Shown here: positions 37,481-48,910 of the stretch, piece after piece
Layout of the letters: each line of letters starts with the position of its first letter
Position numbering within the stretch: the stretch's first letter is position 1
Assembly (NCBI RefSeq): GCF_025751585.1
Contig: NZ_JAOWKX010000009.1
Span: forward strand, 101,661 to 165,660
Length of the DNA: 64,000 nt
From: Fluctibacter corallii
GTDB taxonomy: Bacteria; Pseudomonadota; Gammaproteobacteria; Enterobacterales; Alteromonadaceae
Direction of reading: 5' to 3'
Notes under the pieces: model-generated
Told to the model about the DNA's origin: nothing
Databases searched by the model: none
The model's input: the letters and a program-made list of their open reading frames with translations, nothing else
Program-made: the position numbers and the translations under genes

Positions 37481-40306
37481 ATGGATAAAATTGAAGTACG
37501 TGGTGCCCGCACCCACAACTTAAAAAACGTCAACCTTGAACTCCCCCGCGATAAGCTGATTGTTATCACTGGTTTATCGGGTTCAGGAAAGTCGTCTCTG
37601 GCATTTGACACCCTTTATGCGGAAGGGCAAAGACGTTATGTGGAATCGTTGTCGGCTTACGCGCGTCAGTTTTTGTCAATGATGGAAAAGCCCGATGTGG
37701 ATCACATCGAGGGCTTGTCTCCGGCCATTTCGATAGAGCAAAAATCCACCTCTCACAATCCACGTTCAACCGTTGGAACCATTACTGAAATATACGATTA
37801 TTTGCGTTTGTTGTATGCGCGAGTGGGGGAGCCGCGTTGTCCTGACCATCATGTACCGTTAGCCGCACAAACTATCAGCCAAATGGTGGATCGCGTACTT
37901 GAGATGGAAGAAGGCACCAAACTTATGTTGCTTGGTCCTGTCGTGCAAGAGCGCAAGGGGGAGCACATTAAAACCCTTGAAAATCTGTCAGCGCAGGGCT
38001 TTATTCGAGCGCGAATAGACGGCGAAGTCTGTGATTTATCGGATCCACCTGAACTCGACTTACACAAAAAGCACACCATTGAAGTGGTCGTCGATCGCTT
38101 CAAAGTGCGAGATGACCTAAAGTTGCGACTCGCTGAGTCGTTTGAAACGGCGTTACAGCTGTCTGGTGGAACGGCGAAAATTGCATTTATGGACGCGCCA
38201 GAAACGGATGAGCTGGTTTTTTCTGCGAATTTTGCGTGTCCTCACTGTGGTTACAGCATGGCAGAGTTGGAGCCACGTCTGTTTTCATTTAACAATCCGG
38301 CGGGGGCATGCCAAACCTGTGACGGATTGGGAACTCGCCAATTCTTTGATCCGCATCGTGTGGTGACCAATGACGAATTGAGCCTATCTGGCGGTGCTAT
38401 TCGTGGATGGGATAAACGCAGCTTTTATTACTTCCAGATGTTGCAAGCTGTGGCAGAGCACTATGGCTTTGATTTGTCTAAGCCGTTTGCTTCTTTAGAC
38501 AAAAAAGCGCAAGACGTCGTGCTATATGGCAGTAAAGGCACGTCAATCAAATTTAAATACATTAATGATCGCGGCGACATCATGGAGCGCAAGCATCCAT
38601 TTGAAGGGGTAATCCCGAATATGGAGCGTCGCTATCGTGAAACTGAATCAAACGCGGTACGTGAGGAGCTATCCAAATTTTTGAGTCAACAAAGTTGTAC
38701 AGGCTGCGGTGGCACACGCCTTCGTCTTGAAGCGCGTAACGTGTTTATTGGAGAGACGACGCTACCTACCATTACAGACATGTCGATTGCCGATGCGTTG
38801 GGATTCTTTGATGCGTTGAGATTGACTGGCCAACGGGCTCAGATTGCAGAAAAAATACTGAAAGAAATTAATGATCGGTTGTCGTTTTTGGTGAATGTGG
38901 GGCTTAACTATTTAACGATGTCTCGTAGCGCAGAAACCTTATCCGGTGGAGAAGCACAGCGCATTCGACTTGCCAGTCAGATTGGTGCTGGGCTGGTGGG
39001 CGTGATGTATGTGCTTGATGAACCGTCTATCGGTTTACATCAGCGCGATAACGAGCGCTTGCTAAAAACCCTGACTCACCTGCGTGATTTGGGCAACACG
39101 GTATTGGTGGTTGAGCACGATGAAGATGCCATCAAAGAAGCCGATTACATTGTTGATATCGGCCCAGGTGCAGGTGTGCATGGCGGAGAAGTTGTTGCCG
39201 AGGGTTCACTGGATGATATTTGCAAAAGTGAACATTCACTAACAGGTAAGTATTTGTCTGGCAGAGAAAAAATTGATGTGCCAGCACAGCGCCATGAAAA
39301 CAAAGACGACAACTGGGTGGTGCTGGAAGGGGCGACAGGCAATAACCTTCAAGATGTGACGTTGAAGGTGCCCATTGGACTAATGACCTGTATTACCGGT
39401 GTGTCAGGCTCAGGGAAATCCACCCTTATCAATGATACCTTTTATAAGATTGCTCACCGGGAGCTTAACAACGCCACCACCAGTGAGCCATCGCCTTACA
39501 CATCCATTGAAGGCTTGGATCAACTTGATAAAGTGGTCGACATCGATCAAAGCCCGATTGGGCGCACGCCGCGCTCTAACCCTGCCACGTATGCAGGTAT
39601 ATTTACGCCAATTCGGGAATTGTTTGCGGGCACGCAAGAAGCGCGCTCACGAGGCTACAAGCCTGGACGTTTCAGTTTTAATGTAAAAGGCGGACGCTGT
39701 GAGGCTTGTCAGGGCGATGGCGTGATCAAAGTAGAAATGCATTTTTTGCCAGATATTTATGTGCCGTGTGATGTTTGTAAAGGCAAGCGCTACAACCGTG
39801 AAACCTTGGAAATTCAATATAAAGGCAAAAACATCCACGAAGTACTTGAGATGACAGTGGAAGACGCACGTGACTTTTTTGATGTGATCCCTGCCATTGC
39901 GCGCAAATTGCAAACCCTGATGGACGTTGGGTTATCTTATATAAGATTGGGACAATCTGCGACGACGCTTTCTGGTGGCGAAGCGCAGCGCGTCAAGCTG
40001 GCAAAAGAATTGTCTAAGCGTGATACTGGCCAAACCCTCTATATTCTTGACGAACCAACCACCGGGCTGCATTTTCACGATATAAAACAATTGCTTCAGG
40101 TCTTGCATCGTTTACGTGATCATGGCAATACTGTGGTGGTCATTGAGCATAACTTGGATGTGATCAAAACGGCAGACTGGATTGTCGACCTTGGGCCTGA
40201 AGGCGGTTCAGGCGGTGGTCAAATTATTGCTGAAGGTACGCCAGAATATATAAGTGAACTGACGCACTCCCACACCGCGCGGTTCTTGAAACCTTTGCTC
40301 AAATAA
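37481..40306 (+). CDS. uvrA: Excinuclease ABC subunit A
   Basis: [17 protein letters not shown].., two ABC ATPase modules, and zinc-finger Cys clusters. Confidence 0.95.
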   Translation: MDKIEVRGARTHNLKNVNLELPRDKLIVITGLSGSGKSSLAFDTLYAEGQRRYVESLSAYARQFLSMMEKPDVDHIEGLSPAISIEQKSTSHNPRSTVGTITEIYDYLRLLYARVGEPRCPDHHVPLAAQTISQMVDRVLEMEEGTKLMLLGPVVQERKGEHIKTLENLSAQGFIRARIDGEVCDLSDPPELDLHKKHTIEVVVDRFKVRDDLKLRLAESFETALQLSGGTAKIAFMDAPETDELVFSANFACPHCGYSMAELEPRLFSFNNPAGACQTCDGLGTRQFFDPHRVVTNDELSLSGGAIRGWDKRSFYYFQMLQAVAEHYGFDLSKPFASLDKKAQDVVLYGSKGTSIKFKYINDRGDIMERKHPFEGVIPNMERRYRETESNAVREELSKFLSQQSCTGCGGTRLRLEARNVFIGETTLPTITDMSIADALGFFDALRLTGQRAQIAEKILKEINDRLSFLVNVGLNYLTMSRSAETLSGGEAQRIRLASQIGAGLVGVMYVLDEPSIGLHQRDNERLLKTLTHLRDLGNTVLVVEHDEDAIKEADYIVDIGPGAGVHGGEVVAEGSLDDICKSEHSLTGKYLSGREKIDVPAQRHENKDDNWVVLEGATGNNLQDVTLKVPIGLMTCITGVSGSGKSTLINDTFYKIAHRELNNATTSEPSPYTSIEGLDQLDKVVDIDQSPIGRTPRSNPATYAGIFTPIRELFAGTQEARSRGYKPGRFSFNVKGGRCEACQGDGVIKVEMHFLPDIYVPCDVCKGKRYNRETLEIQYKGKNIHEVLEMTVEDARDFFDVIPAIARKLQTLMDVGLSYIRLGQSATTLSGGEAQRVKLAKELSKRDTGQTLYILDEPTTGLHFHDIKQLLQVLHRLRDHGNTVVVIEHNLDVIKTADWIVDLGPEGGSGGGQIIAEGTPEYISELTHSHTARFLKPLLK

Positions 40307-40321
40307 CCTCGGAGGAGCAGC

Positions 40322-40723
40322 ATGTTTTCACAGGAGTATGATGTCAGGTTTTATGAAACTGATGCCTTGGCACACGTGAGCAATACGGTATTGGTAGGTT
40401 GGTTCGAAAGTGCCAGAGAGCCGATTTTTCGTATTTTTAATCCCTCGCTTGATTTAACGCGGTGGTCTTTGATTTTAGCCAGCTATAAAGTCGATTTTCA
40501 CAAACAAATCTTTTACGGCCATGCTGTTGAGGTGCGTACTTATATCAGCCGCATTGGTGGTGCGTCGTTCGATGTTCACCAAGAGGTATGGCAACAAGGT
40601 GAAAAATGCGCCACAGGGTTAACCACGATGGTGCATTTTGATTATCAATCTCAGTCTTCACAACCAATTTCTGACGAGGTTCGGGCAGAACTTCAAGCCC
40701 ATAAACTGGAGCAACGCGCATGA
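40322..40723 (+). CDS. Hotdog-fold acyl-CoA thioesterase (YbgC/4HBT-like)
   Basis: 133 aa with a YDVRFYETDALAHVSN N-terminus typical of 4HBT thioesterases. Confidence 0.7.
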   Translation: MFSQEYDVRFYETDALAHVSNTVLVGWFESAREPIFRIFNPSLDLTRWSLILASYKVDFHKQIFYGHAVEVRTYISRIGGASFDVHQEVWQQGEKCATGLTTMVHFDYQSQSSQPISDEVRAELQAHKLEQRA

Positions 40724-41424
40724 GTGATTTTGTTGAAGTGATTGATGATGTGCTAAGCCCTGAATTGTGTCAGGAGTTTATTAATGTATTTAATAAAAGT
40801 GATCATCTTGCACCAGGCATGACAGGCGGTGGAGTTGATACTGATAAAAAACGCAGCACCGATGTGTCGATTTCACGTCACCCTGAGTTTAGCCAACTGT
40901 TTCAAAAAGTCCTGCCTCATGTGACTGAAAATGTCATGAAGTACTTTGAAAAATACCATTTTGCGTTAATCGGGCCGATTGGCTTGACCGTCCAGCATCC
41001 TGAAACGGGCCAACCGGTTAAACTCACGCATGAGAATTTTGAAGAAGTGGGTAAACCACGCCTAAATGCTTTAGTTCAATTACTATTTCGCATCGGCGAA
41101 ATCAATGCCCAAAAGTATGAAGTCGGCAAAGGCGGATACCCTTATTGGCACTCAGAAGTGTACCCTCAGTCTGGACCAGCTGATGCCTTACATCGCATTT
41201 TCTTATTTATGTTTTACCTAAATGATGTTGATGAGGGGGGCGAGACAGAGTTTTACTACCAAAATAAGAAAGTCGAGCCTAAAGCCGGAAGAATGGTGAT
41301 CGCGCCAGCGTATTTTACCCATACCCATCGAGGCAATATTCCCGTCTCGAACGATAAGTACATTCTTACTTCTTGGATTCTGTTTAATCCAGCGGAGAAA
41401 ATTTACACACCGCCAGCCGGTTAA
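40720..41424 (+). CDS. 2OG-Fe(II) oxygenase-superfamily protein (prolyl-4-hydroxylase-like)
   Basis: 234 aa with His/Asp/His-type motifs (YWHSE.., GGETEF, FTHTHRG). ATGA start/stop overlap with the thioesterase gene. Confidence 0.5.
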   Translation: MSDFVEVIDDVLSPELCQEFINVFNKSDHLAPGMTGGGVDTDKKRSTDVSISRHPEFSQLFQKVLPHVTENVMKYFEKYHFALIGPIGLTVQHPETGQPVKLTHENFEEVGKPRLNALVQLLFRIGEINAQKYEVGKGGYPYWHSEVYPQSGPADALHRIFLFMFYLNDVDEGGETEFYYQNKKVEPKAGRMVIAPAYFTHTHRGNIPVSNDKYILTSWILFNPAEKIYTPPAG

Positions 41425-41510
41425 TAACGATCCTATCGAATCGTTATGCAGTTGTGAGTGAAAGAAGCGCCATTGGAGCGGGCTACTTGCTAAGCCCGCC
41501 CCATATTCAA

Positions 41511-42899
41511 CTATAGACTTTTCGTTGCAGGGTGAGCCATACCTTGCTCAAACTGTTTCTTACCCATAACGTAGGTTGCGTGAATGTTTCTGTCGTCACC
41601 AATCGTCATTAACACAAATAACTTTTCATGCAGTGACGTAGTTTTGGATTGGCGATATGCCTGAAAGGGCGTGCCGCCCCAATCGATTACGACAAAATCA
41701 GCTTCTTTTCCGGTTTCAAAATTGCCAATGTATTGGTCTAGGCTGAGCGACTTAGCGCCGCCTAACGTGGCGAGATAAAACCCTTCAAACGCTGACAACT
41801 TTTGGTTTTGTAACTGAATAATCTTGTAGGCTTCGTTAAGTGTTTCTAGCATGGAAAAACTGGTTCCCGCTCCCACGTCTGTGCCAAGGCCCACACGCAC
41901 ACCAGCTTCTTTCATGGTGCTCAATTTAAATAACCCACTGCCAAGAAACAGGTTCGATGTGGGGCAAAAAGCGATGGACGATCCTGTTGAAGCCAGCGTT
42001 GCTACTTCGTCGTCATCAAGGTGGATGCTGTGAGCAAAAATAGACTTATCGCTGGTTAACTTATAAAAATCGTATACGTCGGTGTAGCTTTTTCTATCGG
42101 GAAATAGAGACTTTACCCATTCAATCTCGCCTTTGTTTTCTGAAAGGTGAGTATGCACCCATGTATCAGGAAACTCCTCTTTGAGTTGACCTGCAGCCGT
42201 CAGTTGTTCGGGGGTGGATGTTGGCGCAAAACGAGGTGTAATCGCATACAAAAGTCGGTCTTTGTTGTGCCATTTTTGAATCAACGCTTTCGTCTCGTCG
42301 TAGCTGCTTTTAGCCGTATCGAGTAAATAATCGGGCGCGTTTCTATCCATCATCACTTTGCCTGCAATAAGGCGCATGTCGAGAGATTTAGCCTGTGAGA
42401 ATAAGGCATCGACAGATTCTGGGTGGACAGTGCCAAATACTAACGCAGTGGTGGTGCCATTGCTTAAAAGTTGATGCAAGAATATGTCCGATACGTCTTT
42501 TGCATACGCCTTATCAGAAAATTGCTTCTCCGCGGGAAACGTATACTTTTTAAGCCAGTCTAATAACTGTTCGCCAAATGCGGCAATCATTTCAGTTTGA
42601 GGGTAGTGAATGTGGGTGTCTATAAAGCCAGGAATGATGAGCTTGTCTTTATAATCTATCACTTTACTCTGCTTGATGAGCGCATCAAGCTCTGATGCAA
42701 TACCTACTTTAACCACCTTGCCTTTATCAACAATCAGCGCGCCCTTTTCAAAATACTGGTATGCATCTTGAGGATTAGTTGCTTGGCTTGGATCGCCAGT
42801 AAAGTGCAAAACCTGCCCAAGATAAGCGACTTTTTGTGCTTGCGCAGTGAAAGAGAGCATAAGCATCAACAACATGATGCTTTGTAGCGTTTTAAACAT
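41511..42899 (-). CDS. Periplasmic amidohydrolase-family protein
   Basis: Signal peptide and a metal-binding HxH (FIDTHIHYPQ) typical of amidohydrolase/guanine-deaminase-like enzymes. Confidence 0.7.
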   Translation of the reverse strand: MFKTLQSIMLLMLMLSFTAQAQKVAYLGQVLHFTGDPSQATNPQDAYQYFEKGALIVDKGKVVKVGIASELDALIKQSKVIDYKDKLIIPGFIDTHIHYPQTEMIAAFGEQLLDWLKKYTFPAEKQFSDKAYAKDVSDIFLHQLLSNGTTTALVFGTVHPESVDALFSQAKSLDMRLIAGKVMMDRNAPDYLLDTAKSSYDETKALIQKWHNKDRLLYAITPRFAPTSTPEQLTAAGQLKEEFPDTWVHTHLSENKGEIEWVKSLFPDRKSYTDVYDFYKLTSDKSIFAHSIHLDDDEVATLASTGSSIAFCPTSNLFLGSGLFKLSTMKEAGVRVGLGTDVGAGTSFSMLETLNEAYKIIQLQNQKLSAFEGFYLATLGGAKSLSLDQYIGNFETGKEADFVVIDWGGTPFQAYRQSKTTSLHEKLFVLMTIGDDRNIHATYVMGKKQFEQGMAHPATKSL

Positions 42900-43107
42900 A
42901 GTGTGTTCTCCGGATTTTACTCAGTAAGATACCGTCTCGCGGAAGTGCTAAAAGCTGTTAAACGCAATGTGTAAATCTTGGTTTAACAGAGACTAAAGAA
43001 AGTATGGAAGGGATTCTGAATTTCGCGAATTTAAATGCTTGTTCAAACTCACATTATTCTGTGAATGAACTGGCTTTGAAGTAATAAGATTACTTGTTCT
43101 TATACTG

Positions 43108-43140
43108 AAAGCGAGTGCCAGCCTTGATCATAAGATCAGA
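43108..43140. repeat. Long imperfect hairpin (REP/terminator-like) between the amidohydrolase and MCP genes
   Basis: GCCAGCCTTGATC-ATAA-GATCAGAGCTGGC, with 11 of 13 stem positions paired. Confidence 0.4.
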
Positions 43141-43180
43141 GCTGGCTTTCGTATGACATCAAATGAATGGTGGAAATGGC

Positions 43181-44800
43181 CTACACTTTAAATTGCTTAG
43201 TAATTCGACCCAAATGCGCCGCTAATTGTGCAAGCTCAGAGCTCACTTTTGCTAATCGACTAGAGCTGTCTGCGGTATCAGAGGTGCGATTGTAAATTTC
43301 ATCCACATTGATGCTGATAGTATCAGCGACTTTTTGTTGCTCACCCGTAGAATCTGCAATTTGATCATTCATCGCAGTAATTTTCGTAATGGTTTCATTA
43401 ATCGCATTTAAGCTCTCGCCCGCTTTATTGGCTGTTTCTACGCTGGTTGTTGCTTGTTCTGTGCCTTTAGCCATGACGCCAACGGCAGAGCGCGCTGCAT
43501 TTTGCAGTTGCTCAATGGTGCTTTGAATTTCTTCTGTAGACTGCTGGGTACGCGAAGCCAAAGTACGTACTTCGTCGGCTACTACAGCGAACCCGCGGCC
43601 TTGCTCACCTGCACGTGCAGCCTCAATTGCCGCATTTAGCGCAAGTAAGTTAGTTTGTTCCGCAATACCTTTAATCACATCCAGCACCACACCGACCTGA
43701 TTTGAATCAGATTCGAGCTTGCGAATAACTTCAGCAGTTTCTTCTACATTTGTGGCTAATTGTTGAATACTTTGAACGGTGCGGTTTACCACAGATTGAC
43801 CATCGCTGGCTGCATGCGATGCATCGCCGGCAGCGCGTGCTGCTTCAGCGGCGCTGGCTGCAACCTCAGACACACTGTGAGTCATTTCGTCTACTGCAGA
43901 TTTTGCTTCAGTTGCAGAGCGTTGTTGAACATCAATGGTTTTGTTCGTATCGTCAGTGAGCTGATTGAGGTTCTGCGCTAGTTCATTTAGCGGCAGCGAT
44001 GAATTGACAATGTCTTTTACAACACCTTGTAGTTTTGCCATGAACTCATTGAACCAATGCACAAGATCGCCAATTTCGTCTTCGCTTTTTGTCTGAATAC
44101 GCACAGTAAGATCGCCATCTTCTTGGGCAATGTCTTTCAGTGATACCACGACTTTATCAATACTGTCTTTGATACCGCGTACAATCGGATAAGCAAAGGC
44201 AAATAAAATTGCGGTAGAGACCACTGCCATTATTACACCAATACTGACTAGTGACTGCGCTGCTGTGTTGGCGTCAGAAATAGATTGCTCAAAATTATCC
44301 AACCGATCCGCTCTGAACTTAGAAAGCGCCTTGACGGTGTTGTCATAGGTCTCATTCATATTAGTAGAGAGTTCGCCCAGTTTAGAAAAATCAGCCGTGT
44401 TATTAACCATAGATTCTGAGACGCTGTAGGCGAGCTGAAAATACGCCTCAAAATCACTCAAAATAGAATTGGCTTCTGCCGATAATGATGGATTGATCGA
44501 CTTGAGACTGTTAAGAGATTCACGCACTTGGCCTGCCTGCGTTTTCGCTTTCGAGAGTGATTCTTCGTCGCCAGTCGTAACGGCGCTAGATAGCGTGTCT
44601 CGTACTTTTTCTAGCGTCACTAAAGCAGAGCTGGTTTCTTGAAGGGCGGGAAACTGTACGTCTTTTGCATCATCAAGCAAATCTGCGTTGTTTAGCGCCG
44701 TTATCGTCGTTATCGCCAAATAGATGATGAAACTCACCGTTGCGATAATGGGAATTAGAAACAACTTTTGTGCGATTGACATGCGTTGTAAGAAATTCAT
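43181..44800 (-). CDS. Methyl-accepting chemotaxis protein
   Basis: 539 aa with an N-terminal transmembrane helix, a HAMP region and a conserved MCP signalling domain ([28 protein letters not shown]). Confidence 0.85.
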   Translation of the reverse strand: MNFLQRMSIAQKLFLIPIIATVSFIIYLAITTITALNNADLLDDAKDVQFPALQETSSALVTLEKVRDTLSSAVTTGDEESLSKAKTQAGQVRESLNSLKSINPSLSAEANSILSDFEAYFQLAYSVSESMVNNTADFSKLGELSTNMNETYDNTVKALSKFRADRLDNFEQSISDANTAAQSLVSIGVIMAVVSTAILFAFAYPIVRGIKDSIDKVVVSLKDIAQEDGDLTVRIQTKSEDEIGDLVHWFNEFMAKLQGVVKDIVNSSLPLNELAQNLNQLTDDTNKTIDVQQRSATEAKSAVDEMTHSVSEVAASAAEAARAAGDASHAASDGQSVVNRTVQSIQQLATNVEETAEVIRKLESDSNQVGVVLDVIKGIAEQTNLLALNAAIEAARAGEQGRGFAVVADEVRTLASRTQQSTEEIQSTIEQLQNAARSAVGVMAKGTEQATTSVETANKAGESLNAINETITKITAMNDQIADSTGEQQKVADTISINVDEIYNRTSDTADSSSRLAKVSSELAQLAAHLGRITKQFKV

Positions 44801-44936
44801 CTAGTCACCTGTGTATACTGCCTAATAAAAGCCATCGGTTTTTATTGTGTTTTTAGTCCTTGAAGACACTTAAAGGAGTATAGACAAAAATATAAGAAAC
44901 CAAGAAAAATCCTTAGACTAGATATATTTAAGCCTT

Positions 44937-45407
44937 TTACCCCTCGAAGGGTTCAATTTTGATGCCTTCTAGCGTGTAACCGACCGTCGCGATGTCGCCA
45001 GACCAACCTTTGGTTGATAATGTCCCCTCAACCCAGATTGCATCGTATAGGTTGTCTATCGGCACACCTTCAGAAAACTTCACATAAACTATCTGGTTTG
45101 GCGGTGGAGGCGGAACATGGATACATGCGCCGAAATACGGTACCAGTAAGAATTCCTTGGTTTCGGTTGCACTCCCTTCCAGCGGAACCACAAAGCCGGG
45201 AATGCGCACCAACTTGCCATCGTGTTTCTTTACCACAGGCGCGTCTAAATTGGGCTGGGTCATTGAGCCATCATGTACAATCGCTGTTTCTGGCGCGACA
45301 TAGTTTTTCGGCACCAGATCTTCCCAATATAGTTCCAAAGGCGGCTTCGCCCAAGCGCAATAGGCTAAAGCGTTTAATATAAAAACAAGTAAAAGTCGGT
45401 AGTGCAT
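44937..45407 (-). CDS. DUF3299-like periplasmic protein
   Basis: Signal peptide and an LVPYFGACIHVPPPPPNQ motif characteristic of DUF3299. Confidence 0.5.
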   Translation of the reverse strand: MHYRLLLVFILNALAYCAWAKPPLELYWEDLVPKNYVAPETAIVHDGSMTQPNLDAPVVKKHDGKLVRIPGFVVPLEGSATETKEFLLVPYFGACIHVPPPPPNQIVYVKFSEGVPIDNLYDAIWVEGTLSTKGWSGDIATVGYTLEGIKIEPFEG

Positions 45408-45571
45408 TGTTTACTCGCATAATGCTAAATAGGTTTGTAGTTTACCATTAGATGAAGACATTCACTTCACATCATCAATATTTAGGCGCATGTTAAGTGA
45501 TTTACTTAACTATTACAGTGAGATAATGTTTGTCTACACTGTAGTTATAGCAATATTAAAAAGGGATAGCC

Positions 45572-46003
45572 GTGCTTTTACAACTGGGAATTGGAACCAT
45601 AGCCATCACTACCACTACGGTGATTCAGGTTGTATTTATGGCAATGCTAGCGCGTTTTTTTCAATTCCAAACAGGATGGACGGTTCAGGTCCCTTTTCCC
45701 GTCAAATTTACTATTGTGATGGTCGCCTCTGTATTGTGGTTGGTGCTCGGTATTACAGTAAGTACATGGGGGTGGGCGACAATTTACTTAAAAATAGACG
45801 CGTTTGACCATTGGGAGCCCGCGCTGTATTTCGCTATTTCATCGTTTACCACCTTGGGCTATGGTGACGTAGTGTTAGACGAAAAGTGGCGTATTTTAGG
45901 TGCGTTGAGCGCAGTGAATGGCATGATAGTATTTGGTTTGAATACCGCCTTTTTGATGGAGCAAATTATCCGGTGCAACAAAGAGGATGACGCAAACTCT
46001 TGA
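45572..46003 (+). CDS. Minimal two-transmembrane potassium-channel-like protein
   Basis: 143 aa with a pore helix and TTLGYGD selectivity-filter motif between two transmembrane helices. GTG start with an AAGGGA RBS. Confidence 0.55.
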   Translation: MLLQLGIGTIAITTTTVIQVVFMAMLARFFQFQTGWTVQVPFPVKFTIVMVASVLWLVLGITVSTWGWATIYLKIDAFDHWEPALYFAISSFTTLGYGDVVLDEKWRILGALSAVNGMIVFGLNTAFLMEQIIRCNKEDDANS

Positions 46004-46602
46004 TTACATTTGTGCTATTTGACACAGAGTTTACCGCTTGGCCTGGCTCCCAGAATCGTAATTGGTCGGGCGACAATGAGTACAAAGAGTTGATTCAAAT
46101 TGCCGCAATTAAAGTAGGTGTTTCTGCTCATCAGCCTATCAAAATACTGTCTAGTTTTAATGAACTTATCAAGCCGCAAATTAACCCCCAGTTAAGTCCA
46201 TACATTATTGAACTGACGGGTATTTCACAAACCATGGTGGACGAACTCGGCGTCGATTTTGCCTCTGCGCTGTCAGCCTTTCATGGTTTTGCCGAACAAG
46301 GGCAGTTGGCGTGCCTGTCTTGGGGCAATGACCATCATATTTTACTCGAAAACTGTGATTACTACGGCCTTACTCCACCGATGTTTCAGACGTGCCTTAA
46401 CGTTCAAGCGTGGGCGATAAAAGAGGCGTTGCCGTGTGCGCAATATTGCAGTGGCGATCTGGCTAAACAGTTGGGGGTCAGTATGAAAGGTCACGCACAT
46501 AATGCGCTGTTTGATGTAAACAGTATCGCCCGTGCGATGGATGTTTGGCTGAAAAGCGAAGCCTTAGATTACAAGCGATTAATGGAATGGGTAAATCAAT
46601 AG
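46000..46602 (+). CDS. DEDD-family 3'-5' exonuclease (DnaQ-like)
   Basis: LFDTEFT Exo I motif and HNALFD Exo III motif. TTG start overlapping the upstream stop (TTGA). Confidence 0.6.
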   Translation: MITFVLFDTEFTAWPGSQNRNWSGDNEYKELIQIAAIKVGVSAHQPIKILSSFNELIKPQINPQLSPYIIELTGISQTMVDELGVDFASALSAFHGFAEQGQLACLSWGNDHHILLENCDYYGLTPPMFQTCLNVQAWAIKEALPCAQYCSGDLAKQLGVSMKGHAHNALFDVNSIARAMDVWLKSEALDYKRLMEWVNQ

Positions 46603-46629
46603 ACTTACCCATTTATAACAAAAATCGTG

Positions 46630-47925
46630 TTATGAATTGGTTTCTCTGGCAATGGCACGATAGGCGATATCTGTACGATATTGCACGCCATTCCAATCAA
46701 TCATTTTTGCAATTTCATACGCAGCTTTTTGGGCCTCTGTTACGCTGTTACCTAACGCCGTGGCGCATAGAACACGACCACCAGCAGTTACCACGCTGTT
46801 TGTACTTGGATCTAATGCAGTACCCGCATGGAATACTTTTCCAATGCTCGGATTTACGTCATTCAGACCGGAAATAATATCCCCTTTTGGATAGCTGCCA
46901 GGGTAACCGCCTGCGGCAAGCACAACACCGACAGCGGCTTTGTCTGTGAAGGTGATGGATGTTGCGTTTAATTCACCCTTGATAGCAGATTGACACAAGT
47001 CGACCAAATCCGACTCAAGGCGCATCATGATCGGTTGAGTTTCTGGGTCGCCAAATCGGCAATTGTATTCAATCACTTTGGGTGTGCCGTCTGACATAAT
47101 CATTAATCCAGCATACAAAAAGCCTTTGTACGGCATGCCTTCGGAAGCCATACCCTCGACTGTGGGGTAGATGACTTCGTCTAAAATACGCTGATGGATA
47201 TCTGGTGTTACTACAGGCGCTGGTGAATAAGCTCCCATACCGCCAGTGTTGGGGCCTGTATCGCCATTTCCTGCACGTTTGTGGTCTTGGCTGGTGGCAA
47301 AGGGTAAAACGTGCTTACCATCTACCATGACGATAAAACTGGCTTCTTCACCGTCTAAAAACTCTTCAATTACAACGCGGCTACCTGCTTCACCGAAGGC
47401 ATTGCCAGCAAGCATGTCTTTAATGGCGTCTTCCGCTTCTTGCAGCGTCATGGCTACGATAACGCCCTTACCTGCGGCCAAGCCGTCTGCTTTGACCACG
47501 ATAGGTGCGCCTTTTTCACGCACATAGGCAATGGCAGGTTCAATGTCAGTGAAGTTCTGATATTCGGCAGTAGGAATATGATGGCGCGCTAAAAAATCTT
47601 TGGTAAATGCTTTCGAGCCTTCTAACTGTGCAGCTGCCTGTGATGGGCCAAAAATAGCCAATCCTTCAGACTCAAAGCGATCAACCACGCCCGCTACAAG
47701 CGGGGCTTCAGGCCCGACAATCGTCAGTGTAATGTCTTTCGCTTTAGCAAAACGTACCAGTGCATCAATATCTTCTGCATTGATATCTACATTCGTAAGC
47801 TTAGGTTCTGTTGCGGTGCCAGCATTGCCGGGGGCAACGAATACCTCAGTAACATTTTCCGATTGTGCAGATTTCCACGCCAATGCGTGCTCGCGACCAC
47901 CGCCGCCGATTATCAGAACGTTCAT
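46630..47925 (-). CDS. purD: Phosphoribosylamine-glycine ligase
   Basis: 431 aa ATP-grasp enzyme with the PurD N-terminus [18 protein letters not shown]. Confidence 0.9.
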   Translation of the reverse strand: MNVLIIGGGGREHALAWKSAQSENVTEVFVAPGNAGTATEPKLTNVDINAEDIDALVRFAKAKDITLTIVGPEAPLVAGVVDRFESEGLAIFGPSQAAAQLEGSKAFTKDFLARHHIPTAEYQNFTDIEPAIAYVREKGAPIVVKADGLAAGKGVIVAMTLQEAEDAIKDMLAGNAFGEAGSRVVIEEFLDGEEASFIVMVDGKHVLPFATSQDHKRAGNGDTGPNTGGMGAYSPAPVVTPDIHQRILDEVIYPTVEGMASEGMPYKGFLYAGLMIMSDGTPKVIEYNCRFGDPETQPIMMRLESDLVDLCQSAIKGELNATSITFTDKAAVGVVLAAGGYPGSYPKGDIISGLNDVNPSIGKVFHAGTALDPSTNSVVTAGGRVLCATALGNSVTEAQKAAYEIAKMIDWNGVQYRTDIAYRAIARETNS

Positions 47926-47945
47926 GAAGATTTAAAGTTTCCTGA

Positions 47946-48776
47946 TTATGATTTTACAAATTTAAGGGTCATGCGGTCACTTTCACCAATGGCCAAGTAC
48001 TTAGCTTTATCTTGATCATCAAGTGCAAGACGAGGAGGTAACGTCCATACGCCTTTTGGATGATTCGCAGTATCTAGCGGATTCGCATTGATGTCGCTCG
48101 ATTCCACCAATTTGAAGCCCGCTTTTTCAGCCAGTTTTACAACATATGACTCTTTCATATAGCCTGATTTTTTTTGCATTTCATCGTCAGCGCCTTCTGG
48201 CAAGCGATGTTCCACTACGCCAAGTACGCCTCCGGATTTTAACGCTTTGTTAAAGGCTTTAAATGCATTAAGCACGCCTTCTTCACCCTGACGCATGTAC
48301 CAGTTATGTACGTTTCTGAAGGTAAGTACTGCATCAGCAGAGCCTGCTGGTGCAACGTCTAACGCGTCGGTAGGGTGAAAACTGGTGATTTCAACATTCT
48401 TATATTCAGCTTGGCTTTTGACTTTTTCTTCAAAGGCGTTGCGAGATTTTTTGAAATAGTCGTTGGTGTTTTCTGTAATGTGAAAGTGTGCTGCGTAAAG
48501 TTTGCCATCGTTGTTTAGCAATGGCGCTAAGATGTTGGAATACCAGCCACCGCCCGGTGAGATCTCTACCACGGTCATAGACGGCTTAATACCGAAAAAA
48601 CGAAGGGTTTGCTGCGGATTTCTGTATTCATCGCGAAGGCGTTCTTTGTCAGCACGAATGCTACTATTGGCCGCTTCGCTGATTGCATCTTTTGCTAGTA
48701 CAGTTGGCGCGGCTAAGGCACATAGTAAGCTCAAGGCAATGCCTGTTTTCGCGAGAGTGTGAAGGCGGTTACGCAT
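47946..48776 (-). CDS. Predicted periplasmic class I SAM-dependent methyltransferase
   Basis: Signal peptide and SAM-binding motif I (VVEISPGGGWYS). Inserted between purD and purH. Confidence 0.55.
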   Translation of the reverse strand: MRNRLHTLAKTGIALSLLCALAAPTVLAKDAISEAANSSIRADKERLRDEYRNPQQTLRFFGIKPSMTVVEISPGGGWYSNILAPLLNNDGKLYAAHFHITENTNDYFKKSRNAFEEKVKSQAEYKNVEITSFHPTDALDVAPAGSADAVLTFRNVHNWYMRQGEEGVLNAFKAFNKALKSGGVLGVVEHRLPEGADDEMQKKSGYMKESYVVKLAEKAGFKLVESSDINANPLDTANHPKGVWTLPPRLALDDQDKAKYLAIGESDRMTLKFVKS

Positions 48777-48910
48777 AATGTATTCCTTTGTTGGTTAATT
48801 GAATGCGGATTTCCTATACAAAAGTGTAACGGAAGGCTGTGCTCAATTACCAGTCAGAGGTGAGCAAACGGATTGTCAGTCAACCCGTTTGCCGCCCCTT
48901 CCATCTTATT

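Noticed and set aside
41473-41500. GC-rich hairpin GCGGGCT-ACTTGCTA-AGCCCGC between convergent genes as a terminator
   Set aside because: There is no flanking T/A run on either strand. It is possibly a REP-like element but cannot be supported.
45490-45807. 105-aa plus-strand ORF overlapping the K+-channel-like gene
   Set aside because: It is in a different frame from an ORF that has a recognisable pore signature and RBS. Its translation has no features.
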